A stretch of 64,000 nucleotides of DNA from a virus (lineage: Duplodnaviria; Heunggongvirae; Uroviricota; Caudoviricetes), in IMG/VR virus record IMGVR_UViG_3300035701_000006, positions 71,267 to 135,266 of that record. One strand, written 5' to 3'. The notes beneath the pieces are model-generated. The model made no database searches and had not been told where the DNA came from. It was given only the letters and a program-made list of their open reading frames with translations. Below, in pieces: positions 29,190-39,468 of this stretch. The position numbers were made by a program, and so were the translations under genes. How positions within the stretch are numbered: the first letter of the stretch is position 1; every line of letters begins with the position of its first letter.

Positions 29190-29665
29190 TAGCGGTAGAA
29201 AGTGTAGGTGTGCTGTATGGGGCTGAGGGCCGATCTGAGATTGTACCACGCGGCGTATGTGACCTGGATGTCCCAGTCTACAACGATTTCTACGTTGCCT
29301 GGATTGTTCTCTGCGTCGCATTTCACGACGAAATGCTGGATGAGCCCGCGGCATTGATAACTCGTGAGAAGCGCGTATATATGTCCCGCGATGGCTGCCA
29401 AGGTCTGTTCGTTTTTGGGCTCAGTACGGAAGTTTTCGATTGTCACGTTTACGTCGCAGGCAATCTCGGTCAGCGTCGATTGGACTGGTTTGCGGCAGCC
29501 AGTCTGTATTTGCCACTCTCGCTCGTTTTCCGTGTTTGTCGGAATGAATTTCAAGTGAGGCAGAGTTCTCATGTGCGTAGTTCTGAATCGATAAGCTTTC
29601 TTGCCCGGTTTATCATCTGCCTTGTCAGCTTTCCGCCGACGATAATCGGGTACTTTCTTAGGCAT
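29189..29665 (-). CDS. hypothetical protein
   Basis: 158-aa ORF. Confidence 0.35.
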   Translation of the reverse strand: MPKKVPDYRRRKADKADDKPGKKAYRFRTTHMRTLPHLKFIPTNTENEREWQIQTGCRKPVQSTLTEIACDVNVTIENFRTEPKNEQTLAAIAGHIYALLTSYQCRGLIQHFVVKCDAENNPGNVEIVVDWDIQVTYAAWYNLRSALSPIQHTYTFYR

Positions 29666-31011
29666 GACTTGAGGCTTCTGACCGTACCACGGCAGGCCTC
29701 GATGGATTTCTGGACGTCTGACTTATCCATCGCCAGTATGGCGGTGAAGAAGTCAAACGCCTTTCCGCACTTCTCGCAAGCGTAGAGGCGTTCCGGATTG
29801 GGTTCGTATCCCCTTATTAGCGGAGCGAAGCACTTTGGACAAAGGTGCTTGAGGGGCACTTCGCACTGCCCGACCTTGATTACGTAGGTATGCGGCATTG
29901 GGGTCGTCCCACAAAGTCCACTGTCGTCTCGTCTGCGGGTTCGCCCATGTGAGGTTCGTTGAAGGTGATCCTGGCAGGGCTACCTGCCTTTCGGATGAAC
30001 TCTTTGATGGTGTGGTTCTTTCCGCGGAACCTTACGGTGTCGCCCACTCTTATGGGCTTGCCGGTGCTGTCCATGACGCAGACACACTCGTAGTGTCCGC
30101 AACCGTGGCAGAAGGAGGGGGTCATGCCCTTTAGCATCGCGTCACCGTCACCTTGGGAGGTCTCCAATCCAGCCACTCCTGGGCAGATTCGCGTATCTGG
30201 CTCCATTTAGTCTTCTCAGAGTCGGTTGGAGCACCAACGTGCATGTTTGCCGCCAACGCGACCATGACCTCCTTGTCCTTGTTCTGCTATAGACGGCTAG
30301 GCTTTCACCCGCTTTTTACTTTGTTCACGATGGCACATACAATTACATTCTGGATCGTTGCAGACTGCACAAGGTTTATCCCAATCGCACATTGGGATTC
30401 CGTCCCCACCACAAACGGGAAAGACATTGTGAATACATTTGTTTGGCTCACAGATTTCGCACCGCTTCATGTTTTGTCTCTCTATAGACGGCTATCCGTT
30501 CCCTTGGGTACTCCCACGAGATGCCCGCCAGGAGTTCAGGACCTGTTCGGCGCGGAAATCGCTGGCATCGCGATCTTTTCCGCTCGTCTTGATAACTTCC
30601 CCGCTCCAGTACGTGTGGAGGGCGAGATCGAGCGCTTCCGAGAAAGGGGATCACGAGGGCGACGGCGACGCACATCAGGAAGAGGCTCCATGGCCTGCCG
30701 TTGCACGATTCCACGGGGAGGGTGAAGGACCCGACCATGCCCGCGAAGCAAGTCAGGTACAAAATCAGGCGGCGCGTGAGGTTCATGGGCTCTCCGTGTT
30801 CAACGGCCCCTACTCCTCCTCGTCGTCCTCTTCCTCTTCCTCCTCTTCCTCCTCGTCGTCTTCGTCCTCGTCTTCGTCGGGCGGCGGCTTGGGGTCGTTC
30901 ATGGCAGCCTCCTTCGCCTAAAAAACGTTGTCGTCGTAGAAGACCTCAGACTCCTTGTCGGTCAGGATGAAACCATCCTTTCTCGCATGACCTTGTGAGT
31001 GATCTTGCTCA

Positions 31012-31089
31012 TGGTGCCCCCGGAGGGATTCGAACCCACACATTCCCAGGTTTGAGCTGGGCGACTCCTGCCAATTGGTCTACGAGGGC
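31012..31089 (-). tRNA. tRNA with anticodon CAA (Leu codon family), short variable arm
   Basis: acceptor GCCCTCG/CGGGGGC, anticodon stem CCCAG/CTGGG, loop CTCAAAC, T loop TTCGAAT, A73, CCA. Confidence 0.5.
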
Positions 31090-31412
31090 TAAAGGTCGTC
31101 GAGGGACGGAGAGTCAGGAATCCTGTCCTCTGCCATTGAGACAGAAAGGAGGCTGCCGATGCGCTCCATACGCCTTAGAGTGCCAGCGTTGGGCTGTTTT
31201 TGGGCAGCCAATTCCTCGCATTTCGCATTGCAACGACGCCAGAAGGCGGAAAGGTAGTATAAGCGGTAGGCCCAGATGGCGTTGGCGCAGGCAAAACCAG
31301 TAAGGCCCAACCACCATACTAAGCTCTCCAGTGGGCCTTTCCTGGAGAAGCAGCCGACAAACATGGCGACGCAACACAACAACTCGATTCTGGAGAACGT
31401 TTTTAACTTCAT
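31089..31412 (-). CDS. small membrane protein
   Basis: hydrophobic 107-aa ORF. Confidence 0.35.
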   Translation of the reverse strand: MKLKTFSRIELLCCVAMFVGCFSRKGPLESLVWWLGLTGFACANAIWAYRLYYLSAFWRRCNAKCEELAAQKQPNAGTLRRMERIGSLLSVSMAEDRIPDSPSLDDL

Positions 31413-31502
31413 CCCGTCATATCCTTATACAGACGCGGGCGGGCTAGGTGTCGAGATCATGTACACCGCTTGACACGATAGCCACCGCCCGCGCTTGTCG
31501 AC

Positions 31503-32480
31503 TTATTTCTTCTCCGCCGGTACGTGTAGATCCTTGAGGAGCGTACCGGGATCCAGGATAAAGTTCGATCCCGTGGGCATCATGATGACCTTGATGTCCT
31601 TGCCCAGTTCGTGAATCAGTGCGTACTGGAGCAGCGCCGGCGTGAGTGATGCCGACAGCTGCCTATTGGCCTCAGCTTCCTTTTCTGCCTTGGCCAACAT
31701 CGCCGCGCCTTCACCCTTTGCGCGTTCAACTGCCTGCATTGCTTTATTCGTCTCAATCTTAATCTTCTGCTCCTCCTCTAGCGACTTCTGAGAGGCGATC
31801 TGCTTTTGTTCGATCGCCTGCTCGAAGGCATCGGAGAAATCCACGTTGTCCAAGAGCAGATCCACGACCTCGATTGAATGAATCTTGAGCTCCGACTCCA
31901 ACCGAGTGGAGACCGCCTTGCGGATAATCTCGCGGTTTGGGGCGACCATGACCGACTCATACTTGACGATCTCGTCCTTGAAATTCTGGTAGACTCGGGG
32001 CTTCACGAGAACCTCGAAGAACGTCGCGCCGACCGTCCTGAATAACTGCTGAATGGCGTCCTTGGAAACGCGGATGTTAAGGGTGGCATCCACGTGGACC
32101 GTCTGGCTTTCCTTGGAGAAACAGGACAACTGCTTGAACACGTGGCTCTGGATCTGCGTGTTCTCGATCTTGGCGGATCGCCAGGGAAGGGTGAACTGCA
32201 ATCCCTCCTCCACCTGCCCTTTGATTGCGCCGAACTCGTAGATAACGCCGATGTGCCCGGTGGGGATCTGGTAGGCCGAGTAGGAGGCGGTGAGGAGGCC
32301 GAAGCTGGCCACGAGGAAGACCCAGCTTCCGATGCCAACCATCTGTCTGAGCTGCTTGTCCTTCTCGCCCATGGCCGCGATGAGGACGCGAGCGACGACG
32401 AACAACAGTACGATCAGACCAAACCAGACGAAGTAGCTCATACGCTCCTCCTTGAATTGGGGTCTGCCTTGAAGTACCAC
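31503..32480 (-). CDS. SPFH/band-7 (stomatin/prohibitin/HflK-like) membrane protein
   Basis: N-terminal TM helix, then an SPFH-like core and coiled-coil C-terminus. Confidence 0.65.
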   Translation of the reverse strand: MVLQGRPQFKEERMSYFVWFGLIVLLFVVARVLIAAMGEKDKQLRQMVGIGSWVFLVASFGLLTASYSAYQIPTGHIGVIYEFGAIKGQVEEGLQFTLPWRSAKIENTQIQSHVFKQLSCFSKESQTVHVDATLNIRVSKDAIQQLFRTVGATFFEVLVKPRVYQNFKDEIVKYESVMVAPNREIIRKAVSTRLESELKIHSIEVVDLLLDNVDFSDAFEQAIEQKQIASQKSLEEEQKIKIETNKAMQAVERAKGEGAAMLAKAEKEAEANRQLSASLTPALLQYALIHELGKDIKVIMMPTGSNFILDPGTLLKDLHVPAEKK

Positions 32481-32526
32481 AAGGTTGAGACCCAGTCAAT
32501 TCTTAAATACTGTTGTCGGAAGCCTT

Positions 32527-32612
32527 GGTACCCCCAGCAGGACTTGAACCTGCAAGCCTTTTGGGCGACGGATTAAGAGTCCGTTGTGGTTGCCACTACC
32601 ACGGTTGGGGGC
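32527..32612 (-). tRNA. tRNA-like, anticodon CUU (Lys) with extended variable arm
   Basis: acceptor GCCCCCA/TGGGGGT, anticodon stem ACGGA/TCCGT, loop CTCTTAA, 13-nt variable hairpin GCC-CAAAA-GGC, T arm GCAGG-TTCAAGT-CCTGC, CCA. Confidence 0.45.
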
Positions 32613-32642
32613 TCCAAGGCTTCCGTCAAAAGTAAATAAAAT

Positions 32643-33293
32643 ATGAAAAACAAAACAATTAATATTCGGTGCCACCAGTGCAAGAAATGGTTCAAGAAAG
32701 ACAGGCGGATGTATTGCAAAGCCAAGAAGCGCAAACGGGTTGGATTTTTCTGTTCTATTAAATGCCTCAAAGAATATCAATCTATTCTTTTCGCAACCAA
32801 TCCAAAAGAATCTCCGCACAAATGCTCTAGATGTGCGCACATGTTCAGAGGAAAATGCCGCCTTTGCAGATCGTGCAGGGAGTTATTCAAGATTTGTATC
32901 TTGTGCAAGCGTCTATTGCCGAAAGCTAAGTACAAAGACTCATTTTGTCCAGCATGCCGATCACAATATCAGACGAGTATTTGGATAAGAAAAAAAGTAA
33001 AGGCTATAAAGTATCTTGGAGGAATATGCAAGGATTGTCGGAAGATTGGGCCAAAAGACTATTATCTTTTGGATTTTCATCACAGGGATCGTAGAAAAAA
33101 GGATGTTGCTTGGAACAACATCAGGAAAAGATCATGGCCGAGGGTATTATTAGAGATTTCTAAATGCGATCTACTGTGTTCAAATTGCCACCGCCGCAGA
33201 CATCACAAGGAAGGAGGCTACTATATTGCTAACAGAAAACATGGGAAATTCATGGTGCCCCCGGCTGGAATCGAACCAGCTTCCCCGCTTTAA
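32643..33293 (+). CDS. HNH endonuclease (paralog of the 23143 gene)
   Basis: LDFHHRDRRKKD...CDLLCSNCHRRRHH plus multiple CxxC pairs. Confidence 0.55.
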   Translation: MKNKTINIRCHQCKKWFKKDRRMYCKAKKRKRVGFFCSIKCLKEYQSILFATNPKESPHKCSRCAHMFRGKCRLCRSCRELFKICILCKRLLPKAKYKDSFCPACRSQYQTSIWIRKKVKAIKYLGGICKDCRKIGPKDYYLLDFHHRDRRKKDVAWNNIRKRSWPRVLLEISKCDLLCSNCHRRRHHKEGGYYIANRKHGKFMVPPAGIEPASPL

Positions 33294-33327
33294 AAGAGCG
33301 GTACAGAGCCAATCTGTACACGGGGGC
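33253..33327 (-). tRNA. tRNA-Lys (UUU)
   Basis: acceptor GCCCCCG/CGGGGGC, D TACA/TGTA, anticodon stem CCGCT/AGCGG, loop CTTTTAA, T arm GCTGG-TTCGATT-CCAGC, CCA. Confidence 0.7.
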
Positions 33328-33642
33328 GTGTCTGAATCTGCATTTGCCATCGCGTTTCATCCGCGGCCTCCTTTCTTAAGAGTCTTTTCGTATGCGACGA
33401 TTTCTGGGGTAGTCATATCCAGGTCGAGCAATGCGTTAAGTGCTGCATTTCTGATGGCTTCTGCCTGAGTTCGTCCGACGCCGACGCCAGTTTTTGAACC
33501 AGGGTAAGGCCATGTGCCGAGCTCGAACCTTGCATGGCGTCCTATTCCGCAGCGGTCCAGATGGAGCTTCCAGCCGCGCTTCTTCATGGCGTCTACGATG
33601 GCGTGGGTGTAATAGTCTGCCATCTCTGCCGCCTCCTGATGA

Positions 33643-33718
33643 TGGTAGCCCGGACGGGAGTCGCACCCGTATCTCCAGGTTGAAGGCCTGGTATCCTACT
33701 GTTAGAATGGACCGGGCC
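33643..33718 (-). tRNA. tRNA-Glu (UUC)
   Basis: acceptor GGCCCGG/CCGGGCT, anticodon stem CCAGG/CCTGG, loop CCTTCAA (C33), T loop TGCGACT, CCA. Confidence 0.5.
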
Positions 33719-33719
33719 A

Positions 33720-33795
33720 TGGTAGCCTCGACCGGAATCGAACCGGCATTTTCGCCTTGAGAGGGCGATGTCCTGAACCGTTAGACGACGAGGCC
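33720..33795 (-). tRNA. tRNA-Glu (CUC)
   Basis: acceptor GGCCTCG/CGAGGCT, anticodon stem TCGCC/GGCGA, loop CTCTCAA, T loop TTCGATT, CCA. Confidence 0.6.
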
Positions 33796-34167
33796 GCAAA
33801 ATTATCTTATGAAGCTGTCCATGCTCTACGAAACCAAGCCGTACTCCGAAATGACGCCTCAGCAGCGAAGCAATGCCAAAGCTCAGAGAGCCAAGTCATA
33901 CAAATCGGACCGCAGGGAGAATGGTCGAGCTGCTTCTGGCTCCAATGAGACTAACACAAGGACTACCGCGAAATGGCGCGAGGCTAATCCTGGAATGTAC
34001 AGGGCCCAGGTCAAGGTGAACACCAGAGTCAAGTCGGGCGACCTCTCGCCGGTCGGATCGGGCAATGCTCGGCACCACCGTTCCTACAAAGGCAATGGCG
34101 GCGGAAAGTTCAAAGAAGTGCCCATCTCTACCAACGCCAAAAAGGCCAACGAGAAGAGATCCGGCGT

Positions 34168-34623
34168 ATGAGATTTGCACAACGGCTGGATGAAGCTCTC
34201 GGCACTCGACCCCTTTCACTATTAAAGGGGGCTCTCGTAGTTCCGGTCCCGAATCCCCGTGTGAACCTCCCCGAGAAAGGCCTCCAGATTCGCGGCGAAT
34301 ATCACATCACGATCCTAGAACCAGATGAGGTTGGCGATCTCCAGGACAGGAAAGGGTGGCGACCTGAACAGCTTGCTGAGAAATTCGTCGGTCAGGTCGT
34401 CCCAGGAGAGCCGAAATATGGCTGTCTTGGACGGCAGGTAGAGCCTGGAAAGGATGCTGATGATCCGAGCGCGAACGCAGTCTATTTCATCGTAGTGGAC
34501 TGGTCGGAGGCGCAGGATCTAAGGCATCGTCTTGGCTTCGAACCGACTGACCTACATGTCACCGTCGGATTTCGTCAGAAGGATATTCACGGCGTACCGA
34601 AGGACGCGTCGACTTGCCTCTAG
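34168..34623 (+). CDS. hypothetical protein (shares RLDEALG N-terminal motif with the 52585 ORF)
   Basis: 151-aa ORF. Confidence 0.35.
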   Translation: MRFAQRLDEALGTRPLSLLKGALVVPVPNPRVNLPEKGLQIRGEYHITILEPDEVGDLQDRKGWRPEQLAEKFVGQVVPGEPKYGCLGRQVEPGKDADDPSANAVYFIVVDWSEAQDLRHRLGFEPTDLHVTVGFRQKDIHGVPKDASTCL

Positions 34624-34795
34624 TCGTCATCCCGATCCGGCTGAGTTTCTTCGTCATCTGGCTCTTCAATCGCGCTTTCTATCTGCTCCTGAAGATTTAT
34701 CTTCTCCTTGCGGATGACAGGCTTACCTGCGCCCCACTTCATCATCCCTTTCCTACCCGCCTGCTTCAGGAACTTCTTGCCATAGGTGTTCTGGC

Positions 34796-35158
34796 TCATG
34801 GTTTATGCGCTCCAAATCCGTGTTCCACAAACCATTGAGTGAGATGCTTGTTCAGCCAGTCGTCGCCAGCACCCCATAATCCGATATCATGGCCGGCCTT
34901 CTGACTCTCGATGAACTTGTGGTTCATGATCTCGCACATGCCAAGCTCAAATATGTACACCTTGCGAGGATGGTCGTGTCCTATGAGGTCCAATAGCTTG
35001 TTGCCGACGTGTCTGTAGTCCGCTGCGTAGCGGTTGGCCCAGTCACAAGCGGCTTGATGCTCGGAGCACTGCCAGTTGTAGGTGATGCGAAGGAAGTCGA
35101 TGTGACGAAGGAGCTCACCCTTCTGCGCCAGGATGAATGCAATGGCTTCTATGTCCAT
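34796..35158 (-). CDS. hypothetical protein (possible phosphoesterase-like GHDH motif)
   Basis: LIGHDHP and GAGDDW motifs; weak. Confidence 0.3.
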   Translation of the reverse strand: MDIEAIAFILAQKGELLRHIDFLRITYNWQCSEHQAACDWANRYAADYRHVGNKLLDLIGHDHPRKVYIFELGMCEIMNHKFIESQKAGHDIGLWGAGDDWLNKHLTQWFVEHGFGAHKP

Positions 35159-35195
35159 GGGGCACCCTCGTAACTTTGAGGTGCCGTCTCGTGTG

Positions 35196-35270
35196 TGGTA
35201 CCCCCGGGAGGAGTTGCACCTCCACTACGAATTTAGAGGATTCGCAGGCTATCTATTACCGAACGGGGGC
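35196..35270 (-). tRNA. tRNA-Arg (UCU)
   Basis: acceptor GCCCCCG/CGGGGGT, anticodon stem CGAAT/ATTCG, loop CCTCTAA (C33), T arm GGAGG-TGCAACT-CCTCC, CCA. Confidence 0.5.
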
Positions 35271-35405
35271 GTGGAGCGATCGAACCCTCCTTGCCATCTT
35301 CAGGTGCTGACATCCCTGGCGCTTTAGGCCCTAGGTGCCGCACGCCCGAAGACGTTCAGCGTTGTGGCGGCTGTATAAGTAGCTCCGCCGACCTGAAGAT
35401 GGCGT
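35271..35405 (-). ncRNA. Y-RNA-like structured RNA candidate adjacent to rsr
   Basis: 12-bp terminal helix CCAUCUUCAGGU/ACCUGAAGAUGG (plus 35294-35305 with 35391-35402); internal UUCG hairpins; 3' T-arm mimic GGAG-GGUUCGAUCG-CUCC; lies immediately downstream of the TROVE gene. Confidence 0.45.
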
Positions 35406-35437
35406 GGAGGGTGGGTGATTGCTCACCCACCACTCCT

Positions 35438-37081
35438 TTACTCGCTGTCGGCCTTTTCCTTCCCGAACGTGTCCAGGTCGATCTTGCGGACTTCCTCGAC
35501 CTGGTTCGAAGTGCCGTTCACGACCAGCGGGATGTACCTGAGCACCGAGTCCGACCACCCACTGACGTAGTGAACGTCCGGGTAACCCGCCGGGGCGACC
35601 CAATCGCGGTACGGCGCGATGTTGATGAGCACGGCCTTGGCCTTCGGGCTGCGGGTGCGCTTGTACTTCTCCCACGCCGTAAGGAACCCGCTGCCGGCCC
35701 AGTCCTCGCTGTCCGTGATTCCGATGAACGTGTCGATCACGAGGCCGCGGTGTCCGAGGTACTCGATCGGAGCACCGAGGTTCGTCCCGCCGATCGCTAC
35801 GCCAATCTTGGCCGCGATGTCCATGATCGTCGAGCGGCGGCTGAGACCCTTGGTCAGGTCGGTCCTGACCCCGTTCTCGAACGGCAGAAGGATGACGTTC
35901 TCCTGCTTCTTGAACAGCGCCGCTCCGAACAGACCCGCGATGTCGCACATGCGTGTGCTGCCGCGGTCGGAAACCTGGCTGCTCATCGAGCCGGAGACGT
36001 CGTTCGAGATGCAGACGCGGCCCGGAAGAGTCTCGACGTTCTCGAAGCTCTGCTCGAGGGCATCCACGATGGCGTCCTTGACGGCCTGATGGCCCTGGAA
36101 CGCCTGGAACGCGTTGAAGAAGCGGAACGGGAACTGCTTGCTCTTGCGGACGTTCTCCTTGTCAGAGAGCTTGCCCGCAACCAGCTTGGCGACTGCGTCG
36201 TCCTTGAAGACGTCGTGCCGCTCCATCGTGGCGAGGTTCCGTAGGAGGGCCATGTACGGCATGCCCGCCAGCAGCGCCTTCCAGATGTTCACGGTCATCT
36301 TCTTGACGGACGGGACGACGACCTCCCACGGGAGGCGGTACTTCACGACGAGGTCGATGATCTGAGCCTCGTCGGTCGAGCGCTTGAGCGTCTCAAGTGC
36401 CCAGACGAGCGGATTGGTCGGAGAGGGACTGGCACCGACGCTCTGCCAACCCTTGACCAGCCATCCGAACAGCTCTTCCTGGGCGCGGTTGACAGGCCGG
36501 GGATGTGCCATCCGGATGATGTCGCGGAGCGTAATGTCTTCGGAGCGTGCCGAGCCGTACTTCACGGCGTGGTACTCCGAGATGTGCTGCAGCCAGCGCT
36601 TGACGGCATCCCGTGCCTCGCCGCCGAGACCCTTGCGGATCTCGCCCGTGCGGCAGAGCGACACGAACTCGCGCAGGTCGTCGGGGGTCTTGACAACGTG
36701 CTGGAAGGCCGCCCGGAAGTTAGTCTTCTTGGCGGTCTTCTCGTGCGCGGAGAGCACGGTGAGGCCCACGACGGGGGCCAGCTTCATGAGGCCCTTTGTG
36801 CGGGCGTAGACGAGGGCCTTCGCGAGGAAGGTGGGGTCCTTCTCCGCCATCTTGGTGATGACGTCCACCGTTTCCTTGGCGAGGGTCTTCTCGTCCGCGT
36901 AGAAGGTGTTCCCGAGCGTGTTGGTCGTGAGGACTGCGAGCGTGTCCTCTTCGATCGACCGGTCGAATGTGGGGAATCCCTCCTTGTTGAGCTTCGTGGC
37001 CTTCCGGTAGGTCTTGGAGATCTGAAGGCCCGTGCGGGGTGACGCCGGAGACGTGCCGAACAGCTTGCTTGCCCTGGCCAT
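35438..37081 (-). CDS. rsr: Ro60/Rsr ortholog (TROVE domain plus vWA domain)
   Basis: TTNTLGNTFYADEKTL resembles the TROVE GGxYYASExKL segment; C-terminal vWA with MIDAS motif DVSGSMSS; AGGAGG Shine-Dalgarno before ATG (MARASKLF). Confidence 0.75.
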   Translation of the reverse strand: MARASKLFGTSPASPRTGLQISKTYRKATKLNKEGFPTFDRSIEEDTLAVLTTNTLGNTFYADEKTLAKETVDVITKMAEKDPTFLAKALVYARTKGLMKLAPVVGLTVLSAHEKTAKKTNFRAAFQHVVKTPDDLREFVSLCRTGEIRKGLGGEARDAVKRWLQHISEYHAVKYGSARSEDITLRDIIRMAHPRPVNRAQEELFGWLVKGWQSVGASPSPTNPLVWALETLKRSTDEAQIIDLVVKYRLPWEVVVPSVKKMTVNIWKALLAGMPYMALLRNLATMERHDVFKDDAVAKLVAGKLSDKENVRKSKQFPFRFFNAFQAFQGHQAVKDAIVDALEQSFENVETLPGRVCISNDVSGSMSSQVSDRGSTRMCDIAGLFGAALFKKQENVILLPFENGVRTDLTKGLSRRSTIMDIAAKIGVAIGGTNLGAPIEYLGHRGLVIDTFIGITDSEDWAGSGFLTAWEKYKRTRSPKAKAVLINIAPYRDWVAPAGYPDVHYVSGWSDSVLRYIPLVVNGTSNQVEEVRKIDLDTFGKEKADSE

Positions 37082-37137
37082 TCTTGGCCCTCCTTGATGG
37101 AGCCGGGGCAAAAGCCCCAGCAGTTTCCTGGAACGTG

Positions 37138-37166
37138 ATTTTATCTCGCCTTGTCTCCTCAGTCAA
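37138..37166 (-). promoter_or_regulatory. sigma-70 promoter TTGACT-N17-TAAAAT on minus strand upstream of rsr
   Basis: reverse complement of 37161-37166 is TTGACT and of 37138-37143 is TAAAAT, 17-nt spacer. Confidence 0.5.
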
Positions 37167-37890
37167 GTATTCGCGGCCAGAAGACGAATAGGCCCCTGTC
37201 GTTCGGGAATATCTGCAACCTGAATCGATCGGCATGGACCTTTGCAAACTCATCTACTGCCGTGTGGACGCCGGATAGCGTGGCCCACATCTTTTCTTCG
37301 TGGAGGTGAAGGAGGTAGTCGTGTCCGCAGATGATTCCGTTCGGTTCTATTTTGGGAAGCCAAGCCTCGAGCTCCTCTTTCGTCTTCTCGTAAGTGTGAA
37401 GGGTGTCTATGAACAGGAGGCCGACCGATTCGTTCTGGAAGTCGGCAGAGGCCGCGGTGCTGTCCTTGGCGATGAACTTCCAGCCCCAGTTATCGATCCC
37501 AATGATTTCTTTCGCTCTTCCTTCGGCAGTCGGATCGGTGTCATAGCTGATAAGATATGGTGCACGTGTGTAGAAGTCGGGTGGAGTGGGTCCGCTCTTA
37601 TGCCAATGCCTCTCCAATGCCAGGAAGGCAGCCCCTGGCAGTTCGATGCTGTGCTTAGATCCGGCTAGGAGGGCGATTGTCGAATAGCCGTTTCCGACAC
37701 CAAGCTCGACTACCTGGCCCGGAGTCTGTTGGGCCAGGACGTAAAGAAGTGGAAGATGTGATGCGATGTCGAAGCCCTTTTGGGCATAAGGCTCGCCCAT
37801 CGCCCGGAACATCGCGTTGACGAGACCGTTCATAAAAGAAAGAAGAGTTCGGGGCTCGCACTTGCAGCCACTATCCTGGGAAGGTCCCAC
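37159..37890 (-). CDS. class I SAM-dependent O-methyltransferase (TylF/MycF-like)
   Basis: VVELGVGNGYSTIALL (motif I), FIDTLHTYE, GIICGHDY. Confidence 0.6.
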   Translation of the reverse strand: MGPSQDSGCKCEPRTLLSFMNGLVNAMFRAMGEPYAQKGFDIASHLPLLYVLAQQTPGQVVELGVGNGYSTIALLAGSKHSIELPGAAFLALERHWHKSGPTPPDFYTRAPYLISYDTDPTAEGRAKEIIGIDNWGWKFIAKDSTAASADFQNESVGLLFIDTLHTYEKTKEELEAWLPKIEPNGIICGHDYLLHLHEEKMWATLSGVHTAVDEFAKVHADRFRLQIFPNDRGLFVFWPRILD

Positions 37891-38145
37891 AGGTCAGGAC
37901 CCCCGCACCCGTTTCCGGGGCGGTCAGATTGTCGGTGGCTTTTGAGCAGCTTTCCGCTTTCCACTTTCAGCTCTGATGCGGCCCTGTCGGGCCGCAAGAA
38001 GCTTTAGCACTTTCAGCGGTCAGCTTTCACTGGTTTTCACCAGTCCATGGTAAGAGGATCCTTTCGGATCGCCCCTGATTTTCAACCTTTCGGTTGATCC
38101 CATGATTCTCCCACTTCGCTAGCCAAGCCCCGAACTCCATTTCTC

Positions 38146-38763
38146 CTAATCGGGGATCTCGATGGTCGTGGTCGCGTTGATGAGGCTGAGCTTCCCGTCC
38201 AGGTCGCCCAGCGTCTTCTGCAGGTCCTCCACCTCCTTGGCCAGCCCGGTCTCGCTCAGATGCAGGATGATATCCTCGGGGCTGGCCGACGCGCCCTCGG
38301 AGACGATCCGAGCACCCGCCCGGCGGGTCTGCGTCTTCAGCTGACCCACTGCGCTCATCAGGCCCTCGAGCAGGCTCTGCAGGTGCGGAGCAGCCTCTTT
38401 CCGCCAGGACAGCCAGTCCGCCATGGACCGGGACTTCCCGTTGACCACGACCACGGTCTCGTGGTTCTTCTTCTGGATGGCCCCGCGGATCTTCACGATC
38501 CGCTCCAGCAAGTCGGTGTGAGCCTGGCGCTCCCTGGCCACCACGACTTCGGACCCGCTTTCCTTGGCCAGCGGGTCCTTGATCTTCTCGGGCCGACCGA
38601 CGTTCCCCACGATGAACTGCCCCTTGGAGGCGACCCGCTTGAGGGTCGTCTTGATCTCCGCCAGCCCCTCCGTGATCGTTGTCTTCGCCATCGTCGTATC
38701 CTCCCTGTGAAGTCCTGTAAATCGTACCAGAGAGGTGGTATCACTGACGGGCTCGGTGGTCAA
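38146..38763 (-). CDS. hypothetical protein
   Basis: 205-aa ORF followed by GNRA hairpins. Confidence 0.45.
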   Translation of the reverse strand: MTTEPVSDTTSLVRFTGLHREDTTMAKTTITEGLAEIKTTLKRVASKGQFIVGNVGRPEKIKDPLAKESGSEVVVARERQAHTDLLERIVKIRGAIQKKNHETVVVVNGKSRSMADWLSWRKEAAPHLQSLLEGLMSAVGQLKTQTRRAGARIVSEGASASPEDIILHLSETGLAKEVEDLQKTLGDLDGKLSLINATTTIEIPD

Positions 38764-39468
38764 TCCCCGGCTTCGCGATCATGTCAGATTGTCACCACGA
38801 TTACACCGCTCTCCATTCGGACGACGATCTTTCCATGGCTAAACTCGACCTTGCGGACCTTTTGGTTTAGCCGTTCGACGGCTTGTATGATTGCCGCCCT
38901 AGCACCGTCACTTGGCGGCTTGTGGAGAAATGGCCTGATAGCCTTCTCTAGTTCGTTGCACATTCAGTAAGTCGTCGATTGGGGCAATTAGTGTTCAAGG
39001 GGTTGTCGCAGTGCCGTTTTTTGGTTTCATGAAGCAGGTCTTCTGCTTCAATCCCCCGCTCCGTACATCGGCCTGGACGCCACGACGTTCATCCAGTCTC
39101 GGAGCTTTTTGTTCATTGGCTGTGAGTGAAGTATCCTCGAACGGCAGCCCCAATTGTTCTTATGTACTTTTGGCCAGATATTCACGGACCAAATGTTCGA
39201 ATCTCTTACCCCTAGTGGGGCCGGGCGGCAGCTTCGAAATGTCGTATACCATCGTATCGACCCATCTCACGTCTTCGTGCATTCCATTGGACTTCAGAGC
39301 CTTCTTTGCAATGGCGCGGGCCTCTTCCTTCGACTCTGCCCTTACGCAAGCGCTACGCCATCCGTCCGTGTGGTACCAGGATAGCCTCTGATGAGGGTAT
39401 TTCTTGAGTTTGAAGATGACTAGGAAGGCTTGCATATTTGGCCCGCCCGAAGGCGGTTGATTTTAGAT

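Noticed and set aside
30439-30921. Plus-strand 160-aa ORF with a 26-residue poly-Ser run
   Set aside because: The poly-Ser run is the reverse-complement reading of the GAG/GAC repeat. The plus ORF overlaps better-supported minus-strand genes.
35291-36244. Plus-strand 317-aa ORF and other long ORFs opposite rsr (for example 36503-37042, 36720-37253)
   Set aside because: GC-rich antisense frames of the well-supported TROVE/vWA gene. They are Arg/Ala/Pro-rich low-complexity translations.
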